DNA of 64,000 nucleotides from a virus (IMGVR_UViG_3300041964_000068:1-64000), one strand, 5' to 3'; positions 9,805 through 19,470 are shown, counted from the first letter of the stretch. Numbers and translations: made by a program. Notes: generated by a model not told the origin, from the letters alone.

Positions 9805-10520
9805 TGAAATACTTCATCGATCTGGAATTCATCGAGCGGGGCAGAGAGTATCCAATAGACCTCATCAGTATCGGAATCTGCTGTGAGGACGGCAGGGAAT
9901 ATTACGCCATCAACTACGATTGCGACTGGAGTAATGCAAGCAATTGGGTGAGGGAAAATGTTTTAGCCTCGCTGCCGCCGATGCCGCTGCCCGGATTCGA
10001 CAAAAGAGTTTGGGCGCAAGGTTGGAGGAATCTCGGAACAATCGCTGATGAAGTTGCAAGGTTTTGCGGATGCAGTGTTAATCATCGATTCAAAACAGTT
10101 GAGCTAGGCAAAAAGATTCGATCCAGTGACATCGAAGAGTGGGAGCGAAAACTACTCCCCGGCAGTCCAACGCCCGAATTCTGGGGCGAGTGGTGTTCCT
10201 ATGATTGGGTGGTTTTCGCGCAACTGTTTGGAACCATGATGGATCTGCCGCAGGGGTTTCCGATGCGCTGCCGTGACATCATTCAGCTTTCAGAGGATGA
10301 ACTGGGCATTCCGTCCGATCGCCTGCCCGCCAGCCTCGAAACAGATGGCAATCACAACGCTCTACTTGGGGCGAGAACCGTCAAAATGCGGTATGAGTGG
10401 CTGGAGCAATTTCGGAGAAAACACGCTTCAGCGTCAGTTGGGGAATCAAAGGCGTTTCAAGCATTTTTAGCCTCTAGAGAGGAGCTTTCCGACGCCTATC
10501 GTCGCCTTGCTGAGCAGTAA
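9804..10520 (+). CDS. DEDDh 3'-5' exoribonuclease (RNase AS/Rv2179c, DUF5051-like)
   Basis: YFIDLEFIE...DLISIGICCEDGREYYA...SYDWVVFAQLFG...HNALLGAR. Confidence 0.85.
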   Translation: MKYFIDLEFIERGREYPIDLISIGICCEDGREYYAINYDCDWSNASNWVRENVLASLPPMPLPGFDKRVWAQGWRNLGTIADEVARFCGCSVNHRFKTVELGKKIRSSDIEEWERKLLPGSPTPEFWGEWCSYDWVVFAQLFGTMMDLPQGFPMRCRDIIQLSEDELGIPSDRLPASLETDGNHNALLGARTVKMRYEWLEQFRRKHASASVGESKAFQAFLASREELSDAYRRLAEQ

Positions 10521-10527
10521 GCATTCG

Positions 10528-10737
10528 CTATTCTTCTAGCGGCTGATTGTCGTCAAGCTCTCTCATACGGGAGTTCGTCTCTGCTTGTTTAAGAATCAAA
10601 TCGCAGCGCTCAACTTCCTGCTCAATTACTGTGAAGTATCCAGGTTTGGGCTGCACCGCAATCAACCTGCCCGCAATTGCAATTGAGTTCAGACTTGATC
10701 TAATGTCGCTAATAGCTTGCTCGGTAAGAACTATCAC
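10528..10737 (-). CDS. Hypothetical protein
   Basis: Last gene of the minus-strand operon. Confidence 0.45.
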   Translation of the reverse strand: MIVLTEQAISDIRSSLNSIAIAGRLIAVQPKPGYFTVIEQEVERCDLILKQAETNSRMRELDDNQPLEE

Positions 10738-10746
10738 GTTATTCCC

Positions 10747-10950
10747 CTAATCCCAAAAGATCAAGCCGCTGCGAATACTCTCTACTCTAGCGAAAGTCTG
10801 CTGAGCTTTTTCTACTTTCTCGTAAGTAGCTGAACCGAACTGATAGAAGCTCCAGCTTTGCAGGCCAACGCAAATAATCACGTAGGTATAACCCAGTCTT
10901 TTCAGAGTTTTAATCGGGTTCATTTTGCTTTTCCTCGCCATAGGAAACAA
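10747..10950 (-). CDS. Small single-TM membrane protein
   Basis: Basic N-terminus followed by a hydrophobic helix. Confidence 0.5.
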   Translation of the reverse strand: MFPMARKSKMNPIKTLKRLGYTYVIICVGLQSWSFYQFGSATYEKVEKAQQTFARVESIRSGLIFWD

Positions 10951-11125
10951 TCACAATAGCGGTCGTCGCCAACACAGAAAACAAGCTACCCGCTGCCCCG
11001 CCGCCAGCAGCAAATCGATCGCGCTGATCGGGTGAAGCGCTAACCGCTGCCGCCAAGAAACAGGAAAAAGCCGTTGTCAAGCTGAGGCAGCATCCAGCCC
11101 CTAATATCAATCGCAAACTGTTCAC
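10910..11125 (-). CDS. Small two-TM membrane protein
   Basis: Two hydrophobic helices. Confidence 0.5.
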   Translation of the reverse strand: MNSLRLILGAGCCLSLTTAFSCFLAAAVSASPDQRDRFAAGGGAAGSLFSVLATTAIVIVSYGEEKQNEPD

Positions 11126-11381
11126 AGCAATTCTCCTTGAGTGTGCGGGGTGGGAGCCGGAGCCGTGCGCCAGAATCCCACACCGAGAAACAAAACGCCG
11201 CCAACATCACAGACCAAAACATCACAAGAATCGGATCTCCTAATGTGCGTGATTGGCGTCGAGCGCGTTGGGCGTGACGATCGGCTAGCGTGTAGTACAG
11301 ACAGAGCGCATCCGGATCATTCGCACCTCGATAGTGTGATTCACCGTTCGCAGTAATCTTGATTTCAACTTCAGGCGGCAT
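11040..11381 (-). CDS. Single-TM membrane protein
   Basis: Likely start MPPEVEIK; TM segment ILVMFWSVMLAAFCFSVW. Confidence 0.5.
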   Translation of the reverse strand: MPPEVEIKITANGESHYRGANDPDALCLYYTLADRHAQRARRQSRTLGDPILVMFWSVMLAAFCFSVWDSGARLRLPPRTLKENCCEQFAIDIRGWMLPQLDNGFFLFLGGSG

Positions 11382-13027
11382 TAGATAGCCCTCCGGTCTT
11401 TTCCTGCCAGCCCCGCCGCAGGAGGTTGTAATATTCGGGCGTGTTGCGGGAGTCAGCCTCTTTAGGCTCCTCCAGGACGCCATACTGCCAGTTGCCCTCG
11501 TGATGGGCGCACTCAGGGTGAGCGCGATGAGAGTGGTGGAGACGACAGAGGCCGAACAGATCGCGTCCCGGCACTGGGACGCGGGTAATCAGCGTGTCGC
11601 CAATCATGTAGTGAGCATGATGAGCCTGGTATGCAGGTTCCCCGCATCCGGGGTAGCAGCACAGCCCGCCCGTCGCCGCCAGGGTGAAGCTTGAGATGCT
11701 GTTCCACGACACAGGCGAGCAGTCGTAGCGATAAGCGAACTCGTCGCGCTCCCTGTCCATTTCGACCGCTACCGCATCGATCGTTTGGTGTAGCTCAGAT
11801 GTGCTGCTGTTCGCCGCCGATCGAGTGATTTCAGGTTGATGGTCGGGATAGCGCGGCAATGACACCAAACGCCACTTCCCGCGCAGGTTTGTCAATGCCA
11901 CAACGACATCAGGATCTTGATTGGACATCTCCCATTGCTGGAACTGGAGCGCGAGAGATCTACGAACTTCGGGGTTCTTGACAACAGCGTGTGCGCCTCT
12001 CAACGCCGAGTGCATTGCCTCAAGCCTGTCGCCTCGTGCTAGGACGATAATACTGATACTTTCTTGTAAGCCTTTATTGATATCGAGGTCTTGCACGAAG
12101 GCGGTATGGGCTGTAATCCAATCGCAGGTTAGGCGGCTTCTACCTTTGGTAATCCGCAGCTTGGTTCCGGTTGAAACCATCTGCTTGTACTTGGTTCCGG
12201 CTTGTTCGTCGTGAATTTCTGTCGCAATTAGCGAGTTGTTGTACTCGTCGTTAATTGTGATTAACGGGATTTTCCCTGTACGGGAATCCATCGCCTTGGT
12301 AATGCCCTCCATGCGGCGATAGTACTCTTCAGCGTTGCTGGGGTCGCCGGAGTGCAGATAGTCAAGCGAGGATTTTTCCAGGCCGCAGTAGGTAGAAAGC
12401 AAATTACCGTTCTCGTCGCGGTCTTCCTTGCCGTTATGCACCGCGAAATCAACCGCACCCTTCGTTATGTTGTCAGTCTTAACGATGCAGGCACGGATGA
12501 AATTACTCTTACCTGTCCCGCCCGGAGCCGCCAAGAGAATCGTGCGGCAGTTTTGGCGATCGACAGAATTGAGGGCAACCTGTTCGGCTAAGTCCTCAAC
12601 CGGGAATGAGATCGGCGCGAACGGATCGAGAACAGCGGTAGCGCCCTGTCGTGATGTTCCGTCAGCAACCGCCTGTACCGCATCTGCTGAGCGCAGGTAG
12701 GCGGGAGGAGTAGGCGCAAGCTGATTGATCCATTCTTGTTCCTCAGCCGCTCGCACGTAGCCCATGAGCGCGACTTCTTTGTCGTCTGATATGGCCTTGT
12801 AGTAGAGATATTCTGATTCCTGCTCATCCAGCTTTGAAGAAAGTGACAAGGCAGCGAGGGAAACCGCCGGAGCCGCAAAAGCACTGAGCGCCTTCGCCCA
12901 CCGGGGATAAACCCCACAGTAGGGGACAAACCACAGCCCCGCCGCCAGCGCCACGACAACAAGGGTTCCCTGGCGCTGGCTGGATAGTTCTACTCGACGT
13001 TGGGCAAGTTCTTCGAGATCAAGCATT
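11371..13027 (-). CDS. Membrane-anchored FtsK/HerA-like ATPase with C-terminal HNH-like domain
   Basis: Two N-terminal TM helices; Walker A APGGTGKS; Walker B LITINDEY; KGRSRLTCDWITAH (Arg-finger/ATQ-like); C-terminal CCYPGC...AHHAHY...LFGLCRLHH. Confidence 0.75.
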
Positions 13028-13297
13028 GCCGACGCTCCACAGTCCCGACAAGACAAACAAGGCTAGAAGGATCGCGCTGCCGACATGGACAACTTCGATA
13101 TCCAGCGCTAACCACTCGGCGGTCTTCTCGTCAAGCAGGAATCCGAAAATTCCCAAAGCCAAGATAACCGCCAGTGTCAGCACGAGAGCTAGCCCTCGCA
13201 GTTCAGGCGAAGTCTTGAGGAGCAATCCGAATAGGTTGCCGATCGTTCCTGCCACGAGGCCGATAGATGATGCCCGAAGAAACTTACCCGTTCTCAT
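13019..13297 (-). CDS. Three-TM membrane protein
   Basis: Highly hydrophobic 92 aa ORF. Confidence 0.65.
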   Translation of the reverse strand: MRTGKFLRASSIGLVAGTIGNLFGLLLKTSPELRGLALVLTLAVILALGIFGFLLDEKTAEWLALDIEVVHVGSAILLALFVLSGLWSVGNA

Positions 13298-13307
13298 AAA
13301 TCACACC

Positions 13308-13790
13308 CTATGCTCTGCGTAGCTGACGAAATGTGTTGGCGAATTCTCGCGAAGTGGTGACGAACGTCTCGGCATGGCTGCTTGCCGCGCCTAGCCGCTG
13401 CATTGTTCTGTGGTCTTTCAGGCCATCTTTGACCAGGGTTTCGCCGTACTTGCGGTTCTCGGTTTCCATCTCGCGATTCGTTTTTACAGCGATCGTCTGA
13501 GTTTTCTTGAAAGCTGCGAACAGCTTGGCGCGATCTTGGAGAATGCTCTGAGTCGAGTCAAGCGCCTTGATGCCGTTCTCAACGCCTATCTTGGTTTCGT
13601 GTGCGATGGCTTCTAGTCGCCCCGCTGCTGCCGCGTCGTACAAGGCAGGTTCAGCCAGAACAGAATTGATCGTGGCCTGCTGGAAATCCCAAGCTTCCGT
13701 AAAACCGGGATTACCGTGTCCCAGCATTCCTCGGTTTTGATTGGCGAGGCTATCAACGCCACGACCGCCCCACGCTCTCATAATTGACAT
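13308..13790 (-). CDS. Hypothetical helical protein
   Basis: Likely start MSIMRAW with RBS (AGGAG). Confidence 0.6.
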   Translation of the reverse strand: MSIMRAWGGRGVDSLANQNRGMLGHGNPGFTEAWDFQQATINSVLAEPALYDAAAAGRLEAIAHETKIGVENGIKALDSTQSILQDRAKLFAAFKKTQTIAVKTNREMETENRKYGETLVKDGLKDHRTMQRLGAASSHAETFVTTSREFANTFRQLRRA

Positions 13791-14178
13791 GATTTTGCTC
13801 CTGTTGAATAGATTCAGAAATTCCCGTAACCAAACTTGCGAAGACCGACACACCCAGCACCACAACACCCGCCCGCACCGCCAAACCCTCCCATGTGATC
13901 GGAATCACCAATTCGCGGGGCAAGTTTTTAACCAGGGAGAAAATCACCTTCTCTCCCTCCACCCGCATCGTCAGCAGCGGATTTGCGGGAATGCCCGCCC
14001 GCCCTAACATCTCGACGGTCTTGAGGGAGATACGCTGAGGCAGGCTTCGCCATTGTTCCGTCAGGGTGCTGGCGGAGGTTTCGGCAACATGATCGCTCAT
14101 ACTTGCGACCTCGTTCAGCGCTTGCTCGCCCTGCCGGAGGATTGAATCGTAAACCTGCGCTTCAGCTTCTCCCGACAT
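13753..14178 (-). CDS. Hypothetical protein with C-terminal TM helix
   Basis: ORF in operon. Confidence 0.6.
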   Translation of the reverse strand: MSGEAEAQVYDSILRQGEQALNEVASMSDHVAETSASTLTEQWRSLPQRISLKTVEMLGRAGIPANPLLTMRVEGEKVIFSLVKNLPRELVIPITWEGLAVRAGVVVLGVSVFASLVTGISESIQQEQNHVNYESVGRSWR

Positions 14179-14182
14179 AGCC

Positions 14183-14740
14183 CTATCCCTCTACAACGAC
14201 ACCCATACCCGTCAATGCACCTTGAAACTCGACAAGCTTCTCGTCCCAAGCTTGTTTTGCGGCGGCGGCGACACCGCTCGGCTGCGGCTGGCTGGCCTGC
14301 TGTTGTCTCGCCACTTCTTCCCAGAGGCGAGAAGAGAAAGTTTTGTTGTACTGCACGAGCGTATTCTTCAAGGAGCTTCGTACATCCTCGCCAGCCCGGA
14401 TGTACTCAACCACCTCAGCGGTTGATTGATCTTGGAGATCGAAGAAGACAGCTTTAGCCGTCGCCACCCCTGAACTCGCTTGCCCTTGCTCGACAGGCGG
14501 AGCGGCAGGCGCGGTGATATCAGCTTTCTCGGAAGTCGCGAGGTTAGCCTTCTGACTTTTTGTCAGCGATCCACCGCGCTTGGAACGAGCGGGAGCGTTT
14601 TGAGCCTTGAAATGCTCGACCAACAGATCGATCGTGTCTTTCGTGATTTCGCTGAGGTCAACGCCTGCACTTCTGATTTCTTGTTCGTTGGCTGTGACGT
14701 CCTGCTCTCGCAGGTGGTCTTGAATTTGCTTGATGTTCAT
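14183..14740 (-). CDS. Hypothetical coiled-coil protein
   Basis: ORF coupled by ATGA overlap. Confidence 0.65.
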   Translation of the reverse strand: MNIKQIQDHLREQDVTANEQEIRSAGVDLSEITKDTIDLLVEHFKAQNAPARSKRGGSLTKSQKANLATSEKADITAPAAPPVEQGQASSGVATAKAVFFDLQDQSTAEVVEYIRAGEDVRSSLKNTLVQYNKTFSSRLWEEVARQQQASQPQPSGVAAAAKQAWDEKLVEFQGALTGMGVVVEG

Positions 14741-15273
14741 GCGGATTGCACCTGTCTGAATAGATTGCGACTTTTGGCGCGGGCGCGACCATTCTCAATC
14801 TGTCGTGCCCTGATTTGAAGGTAGTGCCGCAGCAGGGCTGTAACCTCGCTGCCAACGAACCGATCGCTACGGCTGTAACGTCCGGCTCCAAGCTGCTTCT
14901 GCACCCACGCCTTCACTGTGTTTTCTGCGGGGCGATACCCCGTTCGGCTTTCGATTACATGGGGTAACTCCTTCCCGGTACAGGAGAACGATTCGGGCAG
15001 GGTAGCTGAGGACATTGGGACAAAACCGGGGAGGAACTTCAGCGGATCGTTTCCGTGTCGCCGCAAAAAGACCTTGACAGCGAGCGGGGTTGCTTTTTGG
15101 CGCTTTCGTCGCAACGCGGCACAAGCGCAGAGTGCAATCCACTGATCCTGATCGCAGTTGTGAGCATAACGATCGATGCCGACCGCTATCCGCCACTGCT
15201 TCCAGGTTTCGTTGCAGATCGTCCCGCCGGGAACAATCGCCTTCAAGTCCTCCCTGATTTCTCGCAGTTTCAT
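14737..15273 (-). CDS. Basic, putative DNA-binding protein; first gene of the ATPase operon
   Basis: Likely start MKLREIRE; Arg/Lys-rich; HTH-like YRPAENTVKAWVQK. Confidence 0.55.
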   Translation of the reverse strand: MKLREIREDLKAIVPGGTICNETWKQWRIAVGIDRYAHNCDQDQWIALCACAALRRKRQKATPLAVKVFLRRHGNDPLKFLPGFVPMSSATLPESFSCTGKELPHVIESRTGYRPAENTVKAWVQKQLGAGRYSRSDRFVGSEVTALLRHYLQIRARQIENGRARAKSRNLFRQVQSA

Positions 15274-15353
15274 CAGCCCCACCCTTAAACCAACTTCAAT
15301 GTAACTTACATCTAAATTAGTTCTACCACGCAAAACAGCAGATCGCAACAAAC

Positions 15354-15462
15354 TGCGAAAATGTTCTAGTCGAAAATACGAAAAACGTTGCAGTCTCTAG
15401 AACACAGGCTCGCAACTTCTAGAAAAGCTGCGAAAAAATGTTCTAGGCGAAAAGCTAGAACA
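15354..15462. promoter_or_regulatory. Repeated operator-like sites in the divergent control region
   Basis: TGTTCTAG at 15362 and 15439, CTAGAACA at 15397 and 15455; GCGAAA(A)nTGTTCTAG duplicated. Confidence 0.6.
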
Positions 15463-15550
15463 CTGCGAACTGTGGGGATTTCGGGCATTTAGAGGATTGA
15501 AAAGCAGTTTTTTGCGGTAAAAATGGTAAGAACACATTGTTTTTAAGGGC

Positions 15551-15958
15551 ATGGCGAAACAAATGCTTTTCTCTCCCTCTCCGGGAGAACGGCGACTTAT
15601 CTCCCTGCTGGCGAAAGGCTGGCAGCGATCGGAGGCGGACATCTGCCTTGACGCCTTTCGCCGGGGATTTAAGCCAGTCGCAGAAGATTTCGAGCTTTTC
15701 TGCAAGCTCGATCAGGTTTCGCCTGCCCTGTATGATTCGCTTGCCCAGGCTATTGCCCTGAACTGGGACGCCTTGACAGGGAGCCGCATTTCGCCGGAAA
15801 GATTAATCGCGCTCAAATCAGGCGAAACCCCAACAGAGCTAGAGCAGGTAAGGCTGGCACTCGCCCTGAACTTACCCGAAAGCGCGATCGAAAAGTTAGT
15901 CGCACCCGAAACCCATGACACTACCCTTGCTACAACTCCCTCAGCTACTTCCGAGTAA
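15551..15958 (+). CDS. Putative XRE-like HTH regulator
   Basis: ISPERLIALKSGETPTELEQVRLALALNLPESAIEKL. Confidence 0.55.
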   Translation: MAKQMLFSPSPGERRLISLLAKGWQRSEADICLDAFRRGFKPVAEDFELFCKLDQVSPALYDSLAQAIALNWDALTGSRISPERLIALKSGETPTELEQVRLALALNLPESAIEKLVAPETHDTTLATTPSATSE

Positions 15959-16640
15959 GTGGCGAGCGGTTCCACAGGCCAACGCCATTCGCTTGATTTC
16001 TCCCAGCCGCGACGAAGCCGTGCGCTTTTACGAAGGCTCGAAGAATCAGCTAAAAGCTGCCGCCGATCGCATTCCCGCCAATATTGAAATTTGGGCAGAT
16101 ACCAGCAATCGCGCGATTCGGGTGATCCGTGCCTCGCAATCACCGCCGTCACAGCCGGAAGAGTCCGCGCCCGCTCAGCCTGTCGTCAACAGCTACGCAC
16201 CGAGCGTCATTCGCCCGGATGCAGGCTATGAAGCGGTGATGGATTTTATCGCCGGGAAAAGACAGGAAGGGCTAATCTGCACGGTCACGAGCATGAACAC
16301 TGACAGGTGCTTGCAGGTGAATGACCTTCAGGTGATCGAACGGGGCGGCGGCTGGACGGTTGAGGATTGGGTTGGCTTGAATTTTCTGCACTTGTGGCGG
16401 GATTCGTTTAAGCCGGGGAACCGCAACTACTACGGCGAGCTAATCCAAACGCTGCTCAGACGTGAACCCTTCGACTTCCTCTACCGCATCCGGCGACCGA
16501 GCGGAGCGATGGGGGAGTATCTGAGCCGTTATTTTTTGGTGGAGAGGTTCGGCGGCGTTCCGGTTCGTATCGCTGTTTCCAGCCCCGCTGACGTGCGAAT
16601 CGTGGAAGACGCACCCAACGGTAGCGAGGTTGTCACATAA
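15915..16640 (+). CDS. Protein with C-terminal PAS-like domain
   Basis: TVTSMNTDRCLQVN...EDWVGLNFLHLW...FLYRIRRPSGAMGEYLSRYFLV. Confidence 0.55.
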   Translation: MTLPLLQLPQLLPSKWRAVPQANAIRLISPSRDEAVRFYEGSKNQLKAAADRIPANIEIWADTSNRAIRVIRASQSPPSQPEESAPAQPVVNSYAPSVIRPDAGYEAVMDFIAGKRQEGLICTVTSMNTDRCLQVNDLQVIERGGGWTVEDWVGLNFLHLWRDSFKPGNRNYYGELIQTLLRREPFDFLYRIRRPSGAMGEYLSRYFLVERFGGVPVRIAVSSPADVRIVEDAPNGSEVVT

Positions 16641-16687
16641 AAAAGCGCCCCTTGATTGGGACGCTTGCTGTAGGGATCCAAGATAAC

Positions 16688-16948
16688 TTAAGTCGCTTCA
16701 CCTCGCAGGGCGGCGGCAAAATACCCCATCAATGCGTAATCCTCAACGGTGTCATAGTCATCTTCTGGGTCGAACTCTTCGGGGTCGCCGTTGTATTCGT
16801 GATATCTCCGCATCAAGTCACGGCGCTCTTGCGGGTCAGGTAGTAGCTCAGCCAGATCGAAATCATTGCAGTTGCAATTGGCGACTCTATCAAAGGCCAG
16901 GTCAAGAAGACTGGCGATTACCTTTGCTTGCTGCTCGTTAAGTTGCAT
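16688..16948 (-). CDS. Hypothetical acidic phage protein
   Basis: Likely start MQLNEQQ. Confidence 0.55.
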   Translation of the reverse strand: MQLNEQQAKVIASLLDLAFDRVANCNCNDFDLAELLPDPQERRDLMRRYHEYNGDPEEFDPEDDYDTVEDYALMGYFAAALRGEAT

Positions 16949-16991
16949 GGTAGTTCTCAGTAGAAAAAAACAATTTCTTGATATTTGGTGT

Positions 16992-17300
16992 TTACCCAAG
17001 CTTTGCGTTGCTATATTTACTCAGAATTTCAGCGTGTTCAGAATTAGTAGGCTCTACGTGAATCTCTACGTCAAACCGCTCTAGATCGCTGGTACTCCAA
17101 GCTCTACCCGTCACAACCCAAAGAGTTTCAATGTACTCAGAGCCGTCGAAGATATAAATAGACACCATATCCCCTACGCTAGGTAGCCCCGCCAACTGAA
17201 CTACACCCTCTCGTCCGCTTTGGTCTACATCTGCGCTACTAACACCCGGAGCCTTGAACCAAAAGATAGTTTTCACTTGTTTCCCGTTTTTAACTTGATT
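16992..17300 (-). CDS. Hypothetical protein (start uncertain)
   Basis: ORF 16992..17345, whose 5' end overlaps a promoter. Confidence 0.45.
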   Translation of the reverse strand, partial: NQVKNGKQVKTIFWFKAPGVSSADVDQSGREGVVQLAGLPSVGDMVSIYIFDGSEYIETLWVVTGRAWSTSDLERFDVEIHVEPTNSEHAEILSKYSNAKLG

Positions 17301-17316
17301 CTTACTTGACACTTTC

Positions 17317-17345
17317 AGCTCAAGAAACTTACGCGAAAGTGTCAA
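17317..17345 (-). promoter_or_regulatory. Early-type promoter with operator
   Basis: TTGACA-CTTTCGCGTAAGTTTCT-TGAGCT, embedded in the inverted repeat TACTTGACACTTTC...GAAAGTGTCAAGTA. Confidence 0.6.
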
Positions 17346-17362
17346 GTAATTTCAGCGAGACT

Positions 17363-17593
17363 CTACAGCTTATCCTCAGCCTCAGCCGCATTGATTAGCT
17401 GAAGCTGCTTTTCTGCTTCTCGGTCAATGTAGGTTATCTCTTCAAGCCAAACTTCAGCCATCATCGCATCGCCGTCTTCAACGGCTTGATTATGCCGTTC
17501 AACGGCTTCATCTCGTTCCTGCTGAAACTCCTCCATTTCTCGAAAAACATTGGTGTACTCGTATCTCCGATCGGCAACAGCTTGTAGTGCCAT
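17363..17593 (-). CDS. Hypothetical acidic helical protein
   Basis: ORF with GGGGAG RBS. Confidence 0.6.
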   Translation of the reverse strand: MALQAVADRRYEYTNVFREMEEFQQERDEAVERHNQAVEDGDAMMAEVWLEEITYIDREAEKQLQLINAAEAEDKL

Positions 17594-17647
17594 AACTCCC
17601 CCTAGAACTTACCTGAAAGTACAATCAGCACCATCTTCGCTCTGAGG

Positions 17648-17941
17648 TTACGCGTCCCCCGTCCCCTGAGTGCTGGTAGGCGGCGGCGTCTGCGGCGGGT
17701 AGTAGGGCTTTGTCGCCTCCCGCTGCTCCGGGTCTGACGTAATAATGCACTCCGGCGCTCCGGTCGGTCGTGGGGTGGGACATCTCCGCAGGCCACGACC
17801 GCTGGCACGGTGAGGCGGCTTGGTGGTCGAGGTGACAACCGGATCGCTCGTTCCCTGCGTTTGTGCTATCGCCGCGAGGTCAGGCGCACTCATGAGCAGC
17901 GGAAAGCAAACTAGACCAGCGATGCCGAGGCGGGTTAGCAT
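17648..17941 (-). CDS. Secreted PatX-like peptide (signal peptide plus PPHRASGR)
   Basis: Signal peptide ending AIA-Q; Pro/Thr-rich region; HRASGR resembles the PatS/PatX RGSGR motif. Confidence 0.6.
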   Translation of the reverse strand: MLTRLGIAGLVCFPLLMSAPDLAAIAQTQGTSDPVVTSTTKPPHRASGRGLRRCPTPRPTGAPECIITSDPEQREATKPYYPPQTPPPTSTQGTGDA

Positions 17942-18043
17942 GAAGATTCTCCTATGGGTTATGGGGAAAGACGGGTGCTGTTTGCAATGGAAGGCGGCAG
18001 CACTCGTTTTAATGTTGCAAAGGCGATCAGGAAATAACTTGCT

Positions 18044-18304
18044 TTACCAGGCGTCTTCCTCCTTGCCTGTTATGACCTCGCCAATATGCAAACCTTCTGC
18101 GCGATCGATTTGGTAGTTGTGTTCACCATACTGATGAGCGATCGTCACCCTTTTATTAGCGGCCTTAGACGTGAAATCTTCGCCGTCTGAGTTTGCGCTG
18201 TCATCACCCAGAATCACAACAGGTTCGCCATTGTTGACGGCGCTATTAAGCGCTTCGCTGTCAGCGTCAGACATTCCGCCGATGTTAATGCTGTACTTGG
18301 TCAT
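18044..18304 (-). CDS. Hypothetical protein
   Basis: ORF with AAGGAG RBS. Confidence 0.6.
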   Translation of the reverse strand: MTKYSINIGGMSDADSEALNSAVNNGEPVVILGDDSANSDGEDFTSKAANKRVTIAHQYGEHNYQIDRAEGLHIGEVITGKEEDAW

Positions 18305-18402
18305 GATTTCTCCTTTGATGAAAGTTTGCGTCCCCCGACCTGGCGCTGTGGGGTATGGCGCGGGATTGCTTTAAGCGTCTTCGCCATAGCGAGCGATGAT
18401 TG

Positions 18403-18633
18403 CTAGTTGGGCAAAAAAAGAGGGTTTTGCGCGAGTACAGCAGCATCAAAGACGACTGTTTTCTGCTGTTCAATCTTGACAAGTTGACTCTTAAGAGCCT
18501 CAACAACCAATCGATCTGAAGGTTCTATCTCGTCAAGAAGGGCTGCAATTTTTTGCGCTTTCGACTCAAGCGCTCTTGTCATTTGATCTGCTGTGATAGA
18601 ACCTAGCGTTTCAAGATTGTAGTTGTAAGACAT
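18403..18633 (-). CDS. Hypothetical protein
   Basis: ATG ORF. Confidence 0.5.
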   Translation of the reverse strand: MSYNYNLETLGSITADQMTRALESKAQKIAALLDEIEPSDRLVVEALKSQLVKIEQQKTVVFDAAVLAQNPLFLPN

Positions 18634-18653
18634 TTGAAATATTCAAAATAGAT

Positions 18654-18878
18654 CTATCGCTTATTGTCTAGTGGAAGTTTCTTAGAGTAGATTCCTTCGT
18701 CTTCAAGAATTTCCTTGAGATCTTGAAGACCAATTTCAAGCTCAAATCCTTTACTTGGCACGTCGATCTTTAGTGCAGATTTTTCACCTTTTATGACAGT
18801 AACGATCCCTTCACAAGCGCCAAAGTTTGAGTCAGTACGAACGAAAAGATCTTGAACTACAAACTGTTTCTTCGCCAT
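18654..18878 (-). CDS. Hypothetical protein
   Basis: Likely start MAKKQFVV after AGGAG. Confidence 0.5.
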   Translation of the reverse strand: MAKKQFVVQDLFVRTDSNFGACEGIVTVIKGEKSALKIDVPSKGFELEIGLQDLKEILEDEGIYSKKLPLDNKR

Positions 18879-18883
18879 GAATT

Positions 18884-19470
18884 TTACTCCTGCAACATAT
18901 CTAGAGGTTTGGCTGCTCGCAATTTGTTGAAAGCGTCCATCAGGCAGACGAGCAGGTTTTCGGTACGCACATTCGTAGCGTCGAAACGAAAACCGAAAGC
19001 CCTGACATGCCAGCACTGATCTTGAAAGTGAATCCGCACTGGATAGCCGTTTACCTGGAATTTCACCAGAAGGTTGTTGTCGGAATTCTTTTCAAACTCC
19101 ATCATTAATCCGGTACGCAGATTTGCAGGAATGGCTTCATCAAACGTCTTTCGCTGCATAGCGAGATAAACTTCTACCATCGCTGCTTTGCGCTGATCTT
19201 CCTCTCTGACGTATGTGTTGCTCGCCAGATCGAAATCACCTTCTTGTCCCGGAGGCACATCAGCTAACGAATTCAGCCGTCCGTCTTGACTGATCAGCCG
19301 CGCCTTACCTGAGCGCAACAAGTCTTCGATGATTTTGTTGGAGATTCCCTCTTGAATGGCGGTGAGCTAGCGCCGCCGCCACAGATGATATTGAGGTAGG
19401 ACTCTAAATCATCTGCATCTGTCACCACACCCAGGCAGGCGTCAACAAATTTGCGATAGGGGTTAGTCAT
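18884..19470 (-). CDS. Hypothetical protein, probably frameshifted
   Basis: MTNPYRKF... joins ORF 18884..19321. Confidence 0.45.
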
